A stretch of 60,780 nt of DNA, counting the filler, from Nitrospinae bacterium RIFCSPLOWO2_12_FULL_45_22 (GTDB lineage: Bacteria > 2-12-FULL-45-22), in NCBI GenBank assembly GCA_001803565.1. It is 5 parts of 5 records of this genome, joined end to end, with 100 filler letters (N's around TTAATTAATTAA, not from the genome) between each part and the next. Parts side by side here need not be neighbours in the genome. Positions count along the whole stretch, not along the records: positions 31,150 to 49,229 come from MHDQ01000277.1; 4 more parts are not named here. The stretch is one strand, 5' to 3'. Below the pieces are notes generated by a model. The model did not search any database. It had not been told where the DNA came from and worked only from the letters and a program-made list of their open reading frames with translations. The position numbers were made by a program, and so were the translations under genes. Of this stretch, positions 38,126 through 48,043 are shown piece after piece. The stretch's first letter is position 1. Every line of letters begins with the position of its first letter.

Positions 38126-38923
38126 ATGGAAAGCAATATCTTATTGGTTGAGAGAAAAGAGCATGATTGTACTCTCATTCTGAACCGACCGGAAAAGAGA
38201 AACTCACTTTCACCGGATCTACTGATCGAGATACATCAGACCTTGCAAGCACTTTCTAAAGATGATGCGGTTCGGGCCATCGTTATCAGGGGTGTTGGCG
38301 ACAAGGCATTTTCCTCTGGTTACGACATAAACGCCATACCAACCAAGGCAAGCCCAGAGACCCAGGAAAAATTTAAAACGCAAAACCCCCTGACGCTGGC
38401 CCTGAATAGCGTCGTGAACTACCCCTATCCAGTCATTGCCATGTTGAATGGATCTGCCTTTGGTGCAGGTTGCGAGCTGGCAATCTGCTGCGATATTCGA
38501 ATCGGTGCCGAAGACATCCGCATGGGGATGCCCCCCGCAAAGCTTGGTGTTGTCTACGATCCGAATGGACTGCAGCGCTTCATCAATATCATCGGGCTGT
38601 CAAAGACCAAGGAGGTTTTCTTTTCGGGCCGCTACTACGACGCCCTGAGCGCAAAAGAAATGGGACTGGTAGACCACCTGCTCCCCAGGTCCGAACTCGA
38701 ATCTTTTACTTACAATCTTGCAGAGGAGATCGCCGGGAATGCCCCATTGGCCGTCAAGGGAACGAAGCGGATCATAAATATGCTGGTCGGGTCAGCAAGA
38801 ATGCGTGACGAGGACATGAAAGAAGCGCAGTCCATCGTCGAACAGGCCTTCAACAGCGACGACTTGAAAGAGGCACAAGCGAGTTTTCTGGAAAAGCGAA
38901 AACCGGTGTTCCGAGGCCGATGA
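38126..38923 (+). CDS. Enoyl-CoA hydratase/isomerase family protein
   Basis: LNRPEKRNSL, FSSGYDI, GAGCEL, PPAKLG. Confidence 0.92.
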   Translation: MESNILLVERKEHDCTLILNRPEKRNSLSPDLLIEIHQTLQALSKDDAVRAIVIRGVGDKAFSSGYDINAIPTKASPETQEKFKTQNPLTLALNSVVNYPYPVIAMLNGSAFGAGCELAICCDIRIGAEDIRMGMPPAKLGVVYDPNGLQRFINIIGLSKTKEVFFSGRYYDALSAKEMGLVDHLLPRSELESFTYNLAEEIAGNAPLAVKGTKRIINMLVGSARMRDEDMKEAQSIVEQAFNSDDLKEAQASFLEKRKPVFRGR

Positions 38924-39090
38924 CGGCTGCCGCTCATACATTGTACGTTCAGCCCTGCCTGGCGGCAGACAGGAATCCTATACCGTAACAGTTCCCGGGG
39001 CTCAGTTAACAGGGTTCAGGAAAAGACTTTATTTGGCTAAACTGTTGCCAATATTTTTAATAATGTTGACTGAGCCAGGTGTGTTTCCCA

Positions 39091-39915
39091 CTAGACCTGG
39101 GCATAAATAACTTTTGTACCTTCGGTGATAAGATTACTGACTGTTGGACGCTCTTTAGGATCAACGGGGAAAAAATCTATTATGTCTATCTTTCCCCCTA
39201 CCTCTTCTGGGCTGTACCCGGCTTCCTTCAACGTCTTTACCTGGTGCATAAATTCTTCTAGATATTTTAGAAACTTTATAGCAATCTGCTTATCTCCTAC
39301 CGGGCCATGGCCCGGGATAATGGTATCCACCTCCATATCTAATATCCCTTTTAGATAGTCTATCCATACGCTCAATCTGGCCTGGCCGAGGAAGGGGTGC
39401 ATTTCATTGTCTATGTTATCGCCGGCAAAAACGGTCTTCTCTGATGGGATATAAATGCTTACCGAAGAGGCTGAGTGGCCCCCAACAAACTTTAGCTCAA
39501 TAACACAATCACCCATATTTAAAAAGAGCTCTTTAGAGAAAGTTATCTGAGGCATTACTACTTTTAGGTTAGGTACGTCTGCCTCCCACTGGTCTCTATC
39601 TTCCGGGAAGAATCTCTCAAACTCCTCTCTCAGATGAGTTTTCAGGTATTCAAATCCTCCTATAGCATTCTTATGGGCAATGGCAGGACAGTCAAAATGG
39701 CAGTTACCTATTACATGATCGAAGTGGTGATGGGTACTGATAAGATAAGCAAATTTTTTATCTGTGACCTTTCTTATCGCTTCTTTCCAGTGGCGGGCAT
39801 CTGCCGATAGCATGGGGCTTTCAATAAGCACTAACCCCTCTCGGGTAATAATCACACCGACATTGTTGCCTAGATATTCTGTCTCGACATAAATCTTATC
39901 TGTTATCTTCTCCAT
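39091..39915 (-). CDS. MBL-fold metallohydrolase (cyclase-like)
   Basis: THHHFDHVIGN, GHS, FAGD, IPGHG. Confidence 0.9.
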   Translation of the reverse strand: MEKITDKIYVETEYLGNNVGVIITREGLVLIESPMLSADARHWKEAIRKVTDKKFAYLISTHHHFDHVIGNCHFDCPAIAHKNAIGGFEYLKTHLREEFERFFPEDRDQWEADVPNLKVVMPQITFSKELFLNMGDCVIELKFVGGHSASSVSIYIPSEKTVFAGDNIDNEMHPFLGQARLSVWIDYLKGILDMEVDTIIPGHGPVGDKQIAIKFLKYLEEFMHQVKTLKEAGYSPEEVGGKIDIIDFFPVDPKERPTVSNLITEGTKVIYAQV

Positions 39916-40145
39916 GATTCCCTCTTTTTCATTGAAAACCTTTCACATTTTAAGTCCTAACTACAATAGCTAATCCCCCTCCCACTAGCCATTCTTCTGA
40001 TAAGCACTGCAAAAGCCAGCACTATTAAATATCTTTCGCATGGAGGTCTTTCATAGCTACCTTCTATCCCTAATTTTACTACATTTTACTCTCCAATGGC
40101 TATCATGATTTGGTATAATACTGGTATAATAATTGTTACTATAGT

Positions 40146-40229
40146 AGTAGGGGTCAGGTCTTGAAATTTGACATATATTCAAAATTCTACCAAAGCCTTT
40201 ATGTCAAATTTCAAGACCTGACCCCTACT
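40146..40229. repeat. Perfect 30-bp inverted repeat with a 24-bp spacer
   Basis: AGTAGGGGTCAGGTCTTGAAATTTGACATA at 40146-40175 and its exact reverse complement at 40200-40229. Confidence 0.9.
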
Positions 40230-40298
40230 CGCTACTCGCGAATTACTCTATAAGCCCCTGTAATGTAAGATAAATTACTTATGAAGGAGGTACTTTTT

Positions 40299-40529
40299 AT
40301 GCTGTCTAAAATAGAAGAAATTGAAGAAAAGGCACTCCGACTTTCATCTCATGAAAGAGCCTTGTTGGCCGAACATCTCATACAGAGTTTGGATGAGGAA
40401 GAAGACCTTGCAGTAGAAAGATTATGGATTGAAGAGGCTGAACGTCGTTATCAGGAATACAAGCATGGCAAGATTAAGGCAAAACCTGCGGAGGTTGTAT
40501 TTAAAGAGGCTCGGTCAAAATTAAAATGA
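40299..40529 (+). CDS. Antitoxin, addiction-module component family
   Basis: ALRLSSHERALLAEHLIQSL, WIEEAERR; GGAGG RBS; ATGA overlap with the toxin gene. Confidence 0.88.
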   Translation: MLSKIEEIEEKALRLSSHERALLAEHLIQSLDEEEDLAVERLWIEEAERRYQEYKHGKIKAKPAEVVFKEARSKLK

Positions 40530-40828
40530 AACCCGCTGTATTACTTCCTGAAGCTGAGCAGGAAATGTTGGAAGCGGCAAGATATTATGAGGCTCAAGCA
40601 ACAGGTTTGGGTGTGGATTATCTTTCAGAAGTTGAGCATGCCGTGCGAACAATTGAAGAGGTACCGGCAACATGGCCAATTATTGAAGGGGAACTGAGAA
40701 GGCGCCTCATACGAAGATTTCCTTTCGGTATTTTATATCGTATCGAGCCGGAAGAAATTGTTATTGTCGCTGTAGCACACCTGCGGCGAAAACCTGGTTA
40801 TTGGAAAGAGAGAATCAAAAGGAATTAG
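40526..40828 (+). CDS. RelE/ParE-family toxin
   Basis: EAEQEMLEAARYY, RRFPFGILY, VAVAHLRRKPGYW. Confidence 0.9.
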   Translation: MKPAVLLPEAEQEMLEAARYYEAQATGLGVDYLSEVEHAVRTIEEVPATWPIIEGELRRRLIRRFPFGILYRIEPEEIVIVAVAHLRRKPGYWKERIKRN

Positions 40829-41005
40829 CTTCTAACAAAAGCGAGTACCCTGCTTCGTTGGAGTTGCACAAAATATACTGCGTTTTGCCCGACGAAGAAG
40901 CGGCTCAGGATGGAAAAGTGCTGATTACTTACGAGTAGTCATTATGGGGAGGAGGAAACGGTACACTTAAGGGGAACCTTAAGTGTCGCAGAAATGCGAC
41001 TTTAA

Positions 41006-42358
41006 TTATTTGCCACTGATGCTGAGGCTGGAGACCAGGATACTAGGGCTGCCAATGGCGCTACCAGCCATCGGCGGAGAGAATTCTAAGTCGTTGCCTA
41101 AGCCGATAATATTTTTCAAGAGGTGGAAGAAATTGCCGGCCACGGTGAAATTATGCAGGGGGTAACGTACCTCTCCTTGCTCAAAAAAGTATCCCTGGGC
41201 GCCCAGGGAAAAATCACCGGATACGGGATTTGCGCCACTATGCAGCCCATCTAATTCTACCAGCAATATCCCATTATGGGCCAGCCCCATAAGGTCTGGT
41301 AAAGAGGCCGGGCCCGGTTTTAGATAAAGGTTACTGGGGGCTACTTCGAGGCCGGCTTTGATGGATGGCCGGGAGGCATGGCCAGTTGAGTTCACACCCG
41401 CTTTGCAAGCGGTATAGCTATTATGAAAAAAGGACTTTAAAACACCGGCACTGATGATTTCGGTAGCACGCGATACTAGACCTTCATCATCAAAGGGTCG
41501 GCTGGCAAAACCGTTATCTAAAAGGGGATTGTCTATAAGGCTAACCTCTGGGGCGGCTATGACCTGGCCTAACTTGTCTGCCAGTAAGGAAAGCCCTTTC
41601 AGTACATTCTTGGCCGAGAAGGCCCCAGCAAAGGTAGCCAGCAATTCCCGCGCTACTTCGTTAAGAAATATTACTTTATAGTTGCCTGACTCGGGTTCTG
41701 TAGCCCCCAGGCGACGGACGGCCTCTTCTGCCGCTTTTGAGGCTAAGTCCTGAGGAGCCAGATCCTCTAATCTGGTGGCATAACCATATTTATAGGGGCT
41801 TTTGATCTCGTGATCTTTTTTGGCCATAACCTCGATCGCTGCTCCCCAGCCACTCTTCTGATAAGCGCCGCAAAAGCCCTTACTATTTAATAATTTTATT
41901 TCCCGCCAGCCTTCAAAATAAGTGGAAAACGGGATGTTAATAATCCGGGGGTCATAGTCCCGGGCCATCTGCTCCATAGCCAGGGCCAGCCCAATCTTGT
42001 CTTCTACTACTCTTTTATCTATCCTATTATCTACTAAATCCATTTCCGGGAAGCTATCATGGCCATAGTTCATTATCTGATGGCAAAGGTCTATGGGGTT
42101 TATTTGACTATTGGCTATAGCCAGTTTCAGGGTATTTTGTAAAGAAGCCGGGTCTAGCTTTTCGGTATAAGCCAGACCACAGCGGCCCTCTTTTATCAAA
42201 CGTATCCCTAAACCGCAGCTCCGGGCTACCTTAAAGGTATCTACCTTTCCTTCAAAGACCCTTATTTTAAGCCCTCTATCTTGTAAATAAATTAGTTCTA
42301 TCTCTCCGGCGTCTTCTTTTTTAGCCCGATCCAGTAATTCCTCGAAGAGATGATCCAT
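41006..42358 (-). CDS. pmbA: TldE/PmbA family protein
   Basis: RPFDDEG, NPVSGDFSL, no HExxxH; follows tldD. Confidence 0.9.
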   Translation of the reverse strand: MDHLFEELLDRAKKEDAGEIELIYLQDRGLKIRVFEGKVDTFKVARSCGLGIRLIKEGRCGLAYTEKLDPASLQNTLKLAIANSQINPIDLCHQIMNYGHDSFPEMDLVDNRIDKRVVEDKIGLALAMEQMARDYDPRIINIPFSTYFEGWREIKLLNSKGFCGAYQKSGWGAAIEVMAKKDHEIKSPYKYGYATRLEDLAPQDLASKAAEEAVRRLGATEPESGNYKVIFLNEVARELLATFAGAFSAKNVLKGLSLLADKLGQVIAAPEVSLIDNPLLDNGFASRPFDDEGLVSRATEIISAGVLKSFFHNSYTACKAGVNSTGHASRPSIKAGLEVAPSNLYLKPGPASLPDLMGLAHNGILLVELDGLHSGANPVSGDFSLGAQGYFFEQGEVRYPLHNFTVAGNFFHLLKNIIGLGNDLEFSPPMAGSAIGSPSILVSSLSISGK

Positions 42359-43740
42359 TAGCCTCTACCTCCTACCACCAGGCCCTGGACGCGGATAGGT
42401 GGCTGTCCAACCATGGTAGGGACACTCCCGCTATCAGCACCACACACACCAGCCTCCATCTCCAACTCTTTACCTACCATATCTATATTCCAGAGGATAT
42501 CTTTACCATTGCCCACCAGCGTTGCTCCTCGCACGGGCCTGCCAATTCTTCCATGCTCGATAAGATAACCTTCCATTACGGCAAAATTGAAATCGCCCGT
42601 GGCGGGATTAACACTTCCGCCACCCATCTTTTTGGCATAGAGCCCGGCCTCAGTAGCAGCGATGATCTCATCCAGGGTGTATTGTCCGGGTAAGATAAAG
42701 GTGTTACGCATACGGGCTACCGGGGCGAATTTATAGGATTGGCGTCGGCCATTACCGGTACTTTCTAAACCCAAAATCCGGCCAGAGAGCCGATCTACCA
42801 TATATGACTTTAAGATACCTTTATCAATCAAAAGGGTACGCTGCGTCGAATTGCCTTCATCATCTATATTAGTCGAACCCCAGTAGTTGGCCAGCGTACC
42901 ATCATCTACTACACTGACGCAAGGAGCTGCAATTTTTTTACCCAGCTTGTCTTCAAAAATAGAGGCTTTCTTAGCTATAGCACTAGCCTCTAATCCGTGA
43001 CCACATGCCTCATGGAATATTACCCCACCAAAACCCCGGTCAATAATAACAGGCATCTTACCACCAGGGGCATAATCTGACTGGATCATGATCAGGGCAG
43101 TTTCAGCCGCCCTCTGACCCAATTCCCCGATATCCAGATCAAGGTAAAATTCAAACCCTTTACAGGCACCAGGGCTCATAGTCCCTATCTGTTTCTCATT
43201 ATCTTTAGCCGCTACTGCCATGATATAGAGCCTGGTTCTAACCCGCTTATCCTGTACCAACAACCCTTCACTATTGGCAATAAGGACTTCCTGGACTTCA
43301 TCTAAGTAGGTCACCTGGACCTGGCTGATCAGTGGGTGATAAGCCCGGGTCTTATCATTGGCCCGGAAAAGTAAGTCGGCTTTCTCTTTTATGACTATCT
43401 GGTCAGGCAAAATCTTAGTAGGGTGCCGGTTCTCGATAGTTTTTGCCTGCAAATTCTGGGTGCTGGATTTATTGTCCTGGGCAGCGGCTTTGGCCGCAGT
43501 AGCAGCCGTTTCTAACAGACCCTCACGGGAGAGATCATTAGTGAAGGCATAGACTGATTGGGGCCCAAAGAATATCCTTATCCCGGCACCAAAATCCTCA
43601 CCCGCTATGGCCTTCTCTATTTCATTACTACTAAGCTGCAGATTGGTTCGCGTGCAGTTCTCGGCAAAGAGTTCGGCAAAATCCGCACCGGTCGTCAGCG
43701 CCATATCCAATACATCGCCTATTAGTCCCTTATCTAACAA
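42358..43740 (-). CDS. tldD: TldD metalloprotease
   Basis: HEACGHGLE, DDEG, GNGRRQSY, RMRNT. Confidence 0.93.
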   Translation of the reverse strand: MLDKGLIGDVLDMALTTGADFAELFAENCTRTNLQLSSNEIEKAIAGEDFGAGIRIFFGPQSVYAFTNDLSREGLLETAATAAKAAAQDNKSSTQNLQAKTIENRHPTKILPDQIVIKEKADLLFRANDKTRAYHPLISQVQVTYLDEVQEVLIANSEGLLVQDKRVRTRLYIMAVAAKDNEKQIGTMSPGACKGFEFYLDLDIGELGQRAAETALIMIQSDYAPGGKMPVIIDRGFGGVIFHEACGHGLEASAIAKKASIFEDKLGKKIAAPCVSVVDDGTLANYWGSTNIDDEGNSTQRTLLIDKGILKSYMVDRLSGRILGLESTGNGRRQSYKFAPVARMRNTFILPGQYTLDEIIAATEAGLYAKKMGGGSVNPATGDFNFAVMEGYLIEHGRIGRPVRGATLVGNGKDILWNIDMVGKELEMEAGVCGADSGSVPTMVGQPPIRVQGLVVGGRG

Positions 43741-43810
43741 CTTATTCCCCCCTTATCCTGATAAACACATCCAGCACACCCCTGATCTTCCGCGCACAAC
43801 TCCTGCTTAA

Positions 43811-43861
43811 GTAGACGCAGGCTTTAGTCTGCGCTTAACGCAACCCGAAGGTTGCGGCTAC
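43811..43861. repeat. GTAG-type REP doublet (REPIN-like)
   Basis: GTAGACGCAGGCTTTAGTCTGCG-cttaa-CGCAACCCGAAGGTTGCGGCTAC: two inward-facing hairpins, each preceded by GTAG. Confidence 0.75.
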
Positions 43862-44008
43862 TCCATATAACTGAGTCATTACCCATTTTACTACATTTTA
43901 TTCGCCGATGCCTACCATAATCTGGTATAATTACTCCTCCCATGATTCCATCGCTGTCTATCCGTGTTCATCCGCGGTTAAAATCCCAATCATGGCTAAA
44001 CAATTACC

Positions 44009-44905
44009 ATGGAGATAAAAGTGACCAGGTGTATTATCTGTGACTCTGACCGGCTGCTGATATGGTTGAGGTTAGGTGAGCAGAAGGTCTTGAGATGTCG
44101 GGACTGTGACTATGCCTTCCGCTATCCCATCCCTTCCCAGGAAGAGCTGGATAGCTACATGCTGGCCTCATATAAGGGAGAAGGGTTAGAGGAGACTAAA
44201 GATATCTTTGCCCATTGTGGTAAGGGATATGGAGACGACCCGATAATAAAGGAATATCAAGAGACATTAGCCCGATTAGGTTATTATACCGACGGTCGGC
44301 ACTTGTTGGATGTAGGCTGCGGCCCAGGAACTTTTTTGGATCTAGCCCGTCATAGCGGGTGGTCTGTTCTGGGGATAGACTCTTGCCCATCAGCTTGCGC
44401 TTTTGCAGAAAAAGAATTTGGGCTGCAGGTTTTAAACATTCAGTTTGAAGAAGCAGCCCCTTGGCCTACGCCATTTGATGTCATTACCATGTGGGATTTT
44501 CTGGAACATGTGCTTAATCCTGCAGTGGTCCTCACCAAGGCTAATGATAAACTAAAAAATCAAGGACTCTTATTCCTGGCCCTGCCTAATCGTCGCAGCT
44601 TAATATACGACCTGGCCGAAGTCCTGATAAAAGCCAGGCTCCCTTTACTCAGGGATCAGGCGCAGAAACTATTCCATTTTTCCCATATTTCCTATTTTTC
44701 TATGGTTTCGCTACAGAATTTATTGCAGAGAACTGGCTTTGAGATAATAGAAGAGCATTCCATGAATCCCTACCTGGGCCGCTACCAGATACCCTGGTAT
44801 AGCAAAGGGTTCTTGCAGCTAGTCTTTAACCTGGCAAAGCTACTCAAGGCCCAGAGCCGGCTCTGGGTAATAGCCCGGAAGGATAAAGGACTGCTAAATG
44901 TCTAA
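44009..44905 (+). CDS. Class I SAM-dependent methyltransferase with N-terminal Cys motifs
   Basis: CIIC...CRDC, LLDVGCGPG, WDFLEHV. Confidence 0.9.
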   Translation: MEIKVTRCIICDSDRLLIWLRLGEQKVLRCRDCDYAFRYPIPSQEELDSYMLASYKGEGLEETKDIFAHCGKGYGDDPIIKEYQETLARLGYYTDGRHLLDVGCGPGTFLDLARHSGWSVLGIDSCPSACAFAEKEFGLQVLNIQFEEAAPWPTPFDVITMWDFLEHVLNPAVVLTKANDKLKNQGLLFLALPNRRSLIYDLAEVLIKARLPLLRDQAQKLFHFSHISYFSMVSLQNLLQRTGFEIIEEHSMNPYLGRYQIPWYSKGFLQLVFNLAKLLKAQSRLWVIARKDKGLLNV

Positions 44906-45989
44906 CTCCCTGGTTAGTTGCATAATAATACATTATCAGGACAATCAATTACTCTTAACCTGCCTGGAATCATTACGGCAGAATATAGCACACCTGCGGT
45001 GTGGTATAAAGGAAGCTCCTGGACGGTCCGGTTACAATCAGATTGAGATAATAATAGTGAATAACGGGTGTGAGGAAGAATCCTTCCAACAAATCACAAG
45101 GGGATTCCCTGAGGCGAAAGTAATCCAAAACCAAAAGAATGAAGGGTTTGCCGAAGGGTGTAATATCGGTATCAGAGCCGCGGTTGGCAAATATCTGCTT
45201 ATCTTAAATAATGATGTAGAGCTTGCCCCGGACTGTATTGGCCATCTGCTGGACTTTATTAGCCAAAGCCCCGATAAAATCGGCTTATTACAGCCAAAGA
45301 TCCTCTCGCGGTACGAGAGGGAAAGTTTTGAATACTCTGGGGCGGCTGGCGGATTAATAGATATTTTTGGTTACCCTTTTGCGCAGGGCCGACTCTTCTT
45401 TACGGTCGAGAGGGATGAAGGTCAATTTAACGAGCCAGTAGAGATCTTTTGGGCCTCTGGGGCTGCCCTGTTTGCCCCCAAAGCAGTGCTAGAAAAAGTG
45501 GGGATGTTCGATCCAGATTTTTTTGCCTATATGGAAGAGATTGACCTGGCCTGGAGGGTACATCTACAGGGATACAAGGTGTTTTATGTACCGCAGGCAA
45601 AGGTTTATCACCTGGGCAGTCCGGTGCTGGAGCGCAGGAGTATTATGCATACCTACCTGAATCATCGTAATAACTTGCTGATGTTATTAAAGAATTATTC
45701 CTGGCTATCCCTCATCTCTCTCTTACCCCTCAGGATAATGTTAGAAGGCTTGACTATGCTCAATTCCTTCTTTTTCCAGGATAGGATACAGGCCAAAGCC
45801 ATACTGAAGGCCTTCTGGTATCTTCTTACCCATCCGGCTGCCATATGGGATAAGCGAAAAAAGGCCAGGGCACTGCGGAGAGTCTCGGATTCCAGGGTCA
45901 TGCGAAAGATGTATTGGGGCTCTATTGCGCTCCAATATTTTTTGTTGGGTAAAAAGACCGTAAGGGGCAATCCCTATAGACTAAAATAA
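44898..45989 (+). CDS. Family 2 glycosyltransferase (WbbL-like)
   Basis: GFAEGCN, LNNDV, FWASGA, EEIDLAWR. Confidence 0.9.
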   Translation: MSNSLVSCIIIHYQDNQLLLTCLESLRQNIAHLRCGIKEAPGRSGYNQIEIIIVNNGCEEESFQQITRGFPEAKVIQNQKNEGFAEGCNIGIRAAVGKYLLILNNDVELAPDCIGHLLDFISQSPDKIGLLQPKILSRYERESFEYSGAAGGLIDIFGYPFAQGRLFFTVERDEGQFNEPVEIFWASGAALFAPKAVLEKVGMFDPDFFAYMEEIDLAWRVHLQGYKVFYVPQAKVYHLGSPVLERRSIMHTYLNHRNNLLMLLKNYSWLSLISLLPLRIMLEGLTMLNSFFFQDRIQAKAILKAFWYLLTHPAAIWDKRKKARALRRVSDSRVMRKMYWGSIALQYFLLGKKTVRGNPYRLK

Positions 45990-47404
45990 TGGATATATTA
46001 CTTCTCAGACCTCCATACCAGGAACGCTCCCGGGTAATTGCCTACCCACTGGGAATAGCTTATCTGGCCTCTTTTCTGAAAGAACAAGGGCATAGCGTGA
46101 CGGTTTTGGACCTGGCTATAGAAATGGACTGGGAGACTACCTTAAAGAATGTACTGGGACAGAAGACCTATGGGCTGGTAGGTATAAGCTGCATGAGCAT
46201 CCAGTTTCCCGGGGCTGCTATTACTGCGCGAGCCATCCGCCAACTCTATCCCCACCTACCTATTACCTTTGGTGGAGTACATCCTACAGCGGCGCCGGAA
46301 GAGACTATCAAACAACCCTTTGTGGATTATGTCATCAGGGGCGAAGGGGAATCTGTTTTAGGAAAACTTACTGCAGCCCTGGAAAAAGGCCATCCGCTCT
46401 GCTCTATAAGTAACATAGTATATAAAGAAGATGGTATTATCAAGACTAACACATTCACCAGGGATAATTACCCAGCACTAGATACCCTCCCCTTCCCGGC
46501 ATACCAGCTCCTGGATTTGAAGAGGTATCTACCTTTGAAGCAATACGGGCTGATCTTTAAGCAAGAACCCTGTGCCCAGATCATAACCAGCCGTGGATGT
46601 CCCTACAGTTGTATATTCTGTCACGACCTCTTCGGCAAACGGTTTCGTGCCCGGTCACCCGAAAACGTCCTGGCTGAAATGGAACTCCTCTACCGTATTT
46701 ATGGGGTGCGGGAATTTTTGGTAGTTGATGACAACTTTGCCCTGGATACCTCGAGGGCAAAAAGGATTTGTGATTTGATTATGGAGAGCAAGATGGACAT
46801 TGCCTTGCAATTCCCTAATGGGCTCAGGGCAGATCGTATGGATGAAGAGTTGATGGCCAAATTAAAAAGGGCCGGGACCCATAGCCTTGCTCTAGGCATT
46901 GAATCAGCCCATTTAAGGGTACAAAAGTTGATAAGAAAAGGATTGGATTTAGGCAAGGTAGAGCAGGCTATCCAACTGGCCAGAAAATATAAGATTAAGA
47001 CTTATGGATTCTTTATGCTGGGTTTCCCCTCGGAGACCAAAGGAGAGATCAATGAAACTATTCGTTTCGCCCGCCACTCTCAGTTGGATATGGCCTTTTT
47101 TAATATTGCTACCCCTTATGCCGGTACTGAGATGATGGCTCTGGTTAAGGAGAAGGGTTATGAGGTCTTTTTAGACTTAAGGGAGATAGATTATCAAGTA
47201 CCCCATTTCCAGACAGCCGAATTTACCTCCCAGGAGATCAAATGGCTCCAATTGAAGGCCTACATCCTGTTCTATGCCAGATTGCGGCGACTAATCCCTT
47301 TTCTGACCAGTTTCATCAAACCTATAGTCTTCAAAAAATATCTGGGTGGCCTCAAGAGGCATCTATTCCAAAATATCCAGTATATCTTCAAAAGACCTGG
47401 CTAG
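45989..47404 (+). CDS. Cobalamin-binding radical SAM protein (class B-like)
   Basis: PLGIAYLAS, GGVHPT, SRGCPYSCIFC, FMLGFPSET. Confidence 0.92.
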   Translation: MDILLLRPPYQERSRVIAYPLGIAYLASFLKEQGHSVTVLDLAIEMDWETTLKNVLGQKTYGLVGISCMSIQFPGAAITARAIRQLYPHLPITFGGVHPTAAPEETIKQPFVDYVIRGEGESVLGKLTAALEKGHPLCSISNIVYKEDGIIKTNTFTRDNYPALDTLPFPAYQLLDLKRYLPLKQYGLIFKQEPCAQIITSRGCPYSCIFCHDLFGKRFRARSPENVLAEMELLYRIYGVREFLVVDDNFALDTSRAKRICDLIMESKMDIALQFPNGLRADRMDEELMAKLKRAGTHSLALGIESAHLRVQKLIRKGLDLGKVEQAIQLARKYKIKTYGFFMLGFPSETKGEINETIRFARHSQLDMAFFNIATPYAGTEMMALVKEKGYEVFLDLREIDYQVPHFQTAEFTSQEIKWLQLKAYILFYARLRRLIPFLTSFIKPIVFKKYLGGLKRHLFQNIQYIFKRPG

Positions 47405-47458
47405 CCCCTCATATTTACCCCGACTTTGGCGTTGCCGTGCTTCCACTGCGAGCTATCT

Positions 47459-48043
47459 TTACTTTTTACATAACTTTTTCTTTACTTCTTCATTAGCCTT
47501 GAGGAGAAGGGCCATATTCTCCTTGGCCCTGGCATAGATCCTTTCCTGAATAAGGTGCAAGACGAGTTTGCCGGCCAAGGTAGTAGCTTCTGGAATAGGG
47601 GACAGTTGGGTTTTTGATTTCCCCTGGGCTATGTTTCTCAATTCCTTAACAATCTCAGCATCATTGTAGAGATCTTTCTCGGTATAAAAATATTTTAGCT
47701 TAACATATCCCCTTTCCCGGTCTTCTTCCTCAGCGGTATCTCTGATGATACTATACATATCAATCGAGGCAGGTGTATTTTTTGTCTTCCGAATAAACTG
47801 TTTAACCTTGCCAAAATAGGCATCTAAGGTAACACCTGGCAGCAAATCTGCCTGAGGAATTTTGGAACTTATTTCGAATTCAATACCATTCTTAACGTTT
47901 GGTAGCCCAATTTCGTAAGTAATACCCTGGTAATAAAACCGGTCTCCTTTCTTGGCGGTGTATAGTATCCGATACTCGGTTAACAGCTTGTTCAACCCTA
48001 TAACGGCATATTGCTGGAATAATTGCTCTTTCAAGCCACTCAT
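47459..48043 (-). CDS. Hypothetical protein, translationally coupled to accA
   Basis: 194-aa ORF with ATGA overlap; no recognised motif. Confidence 0.7.
   Translation of the reverse strand: MSGLKEQLFQQYAVIGLNKLLTEYRILYTAKKGDRFYYQGITYEIGLPNVKNGIEFEISSKIPQADLLPGVTLDAYFGKVKQFIRKTKNTPASIDMYSIIRDTAEEEDRERGYVKLKYFYTEKDLYNDAEIVKELRNIAQGKSKTQLSPIPEATTLAGKLVLHLIQERIYARAKENMALLLKANEEVKKKLCKK

Noticed and set aside
41006-47404. Possible RiPP cluster (TldDE plus B12 radical SAM plus methyltransferase)
   Set aside because: Divergent transcription, no precursor peptide and no YcaO or RRE protein; the methyltransferase-GT2-rSAM trio looks like envelope glycan/lipid modification.
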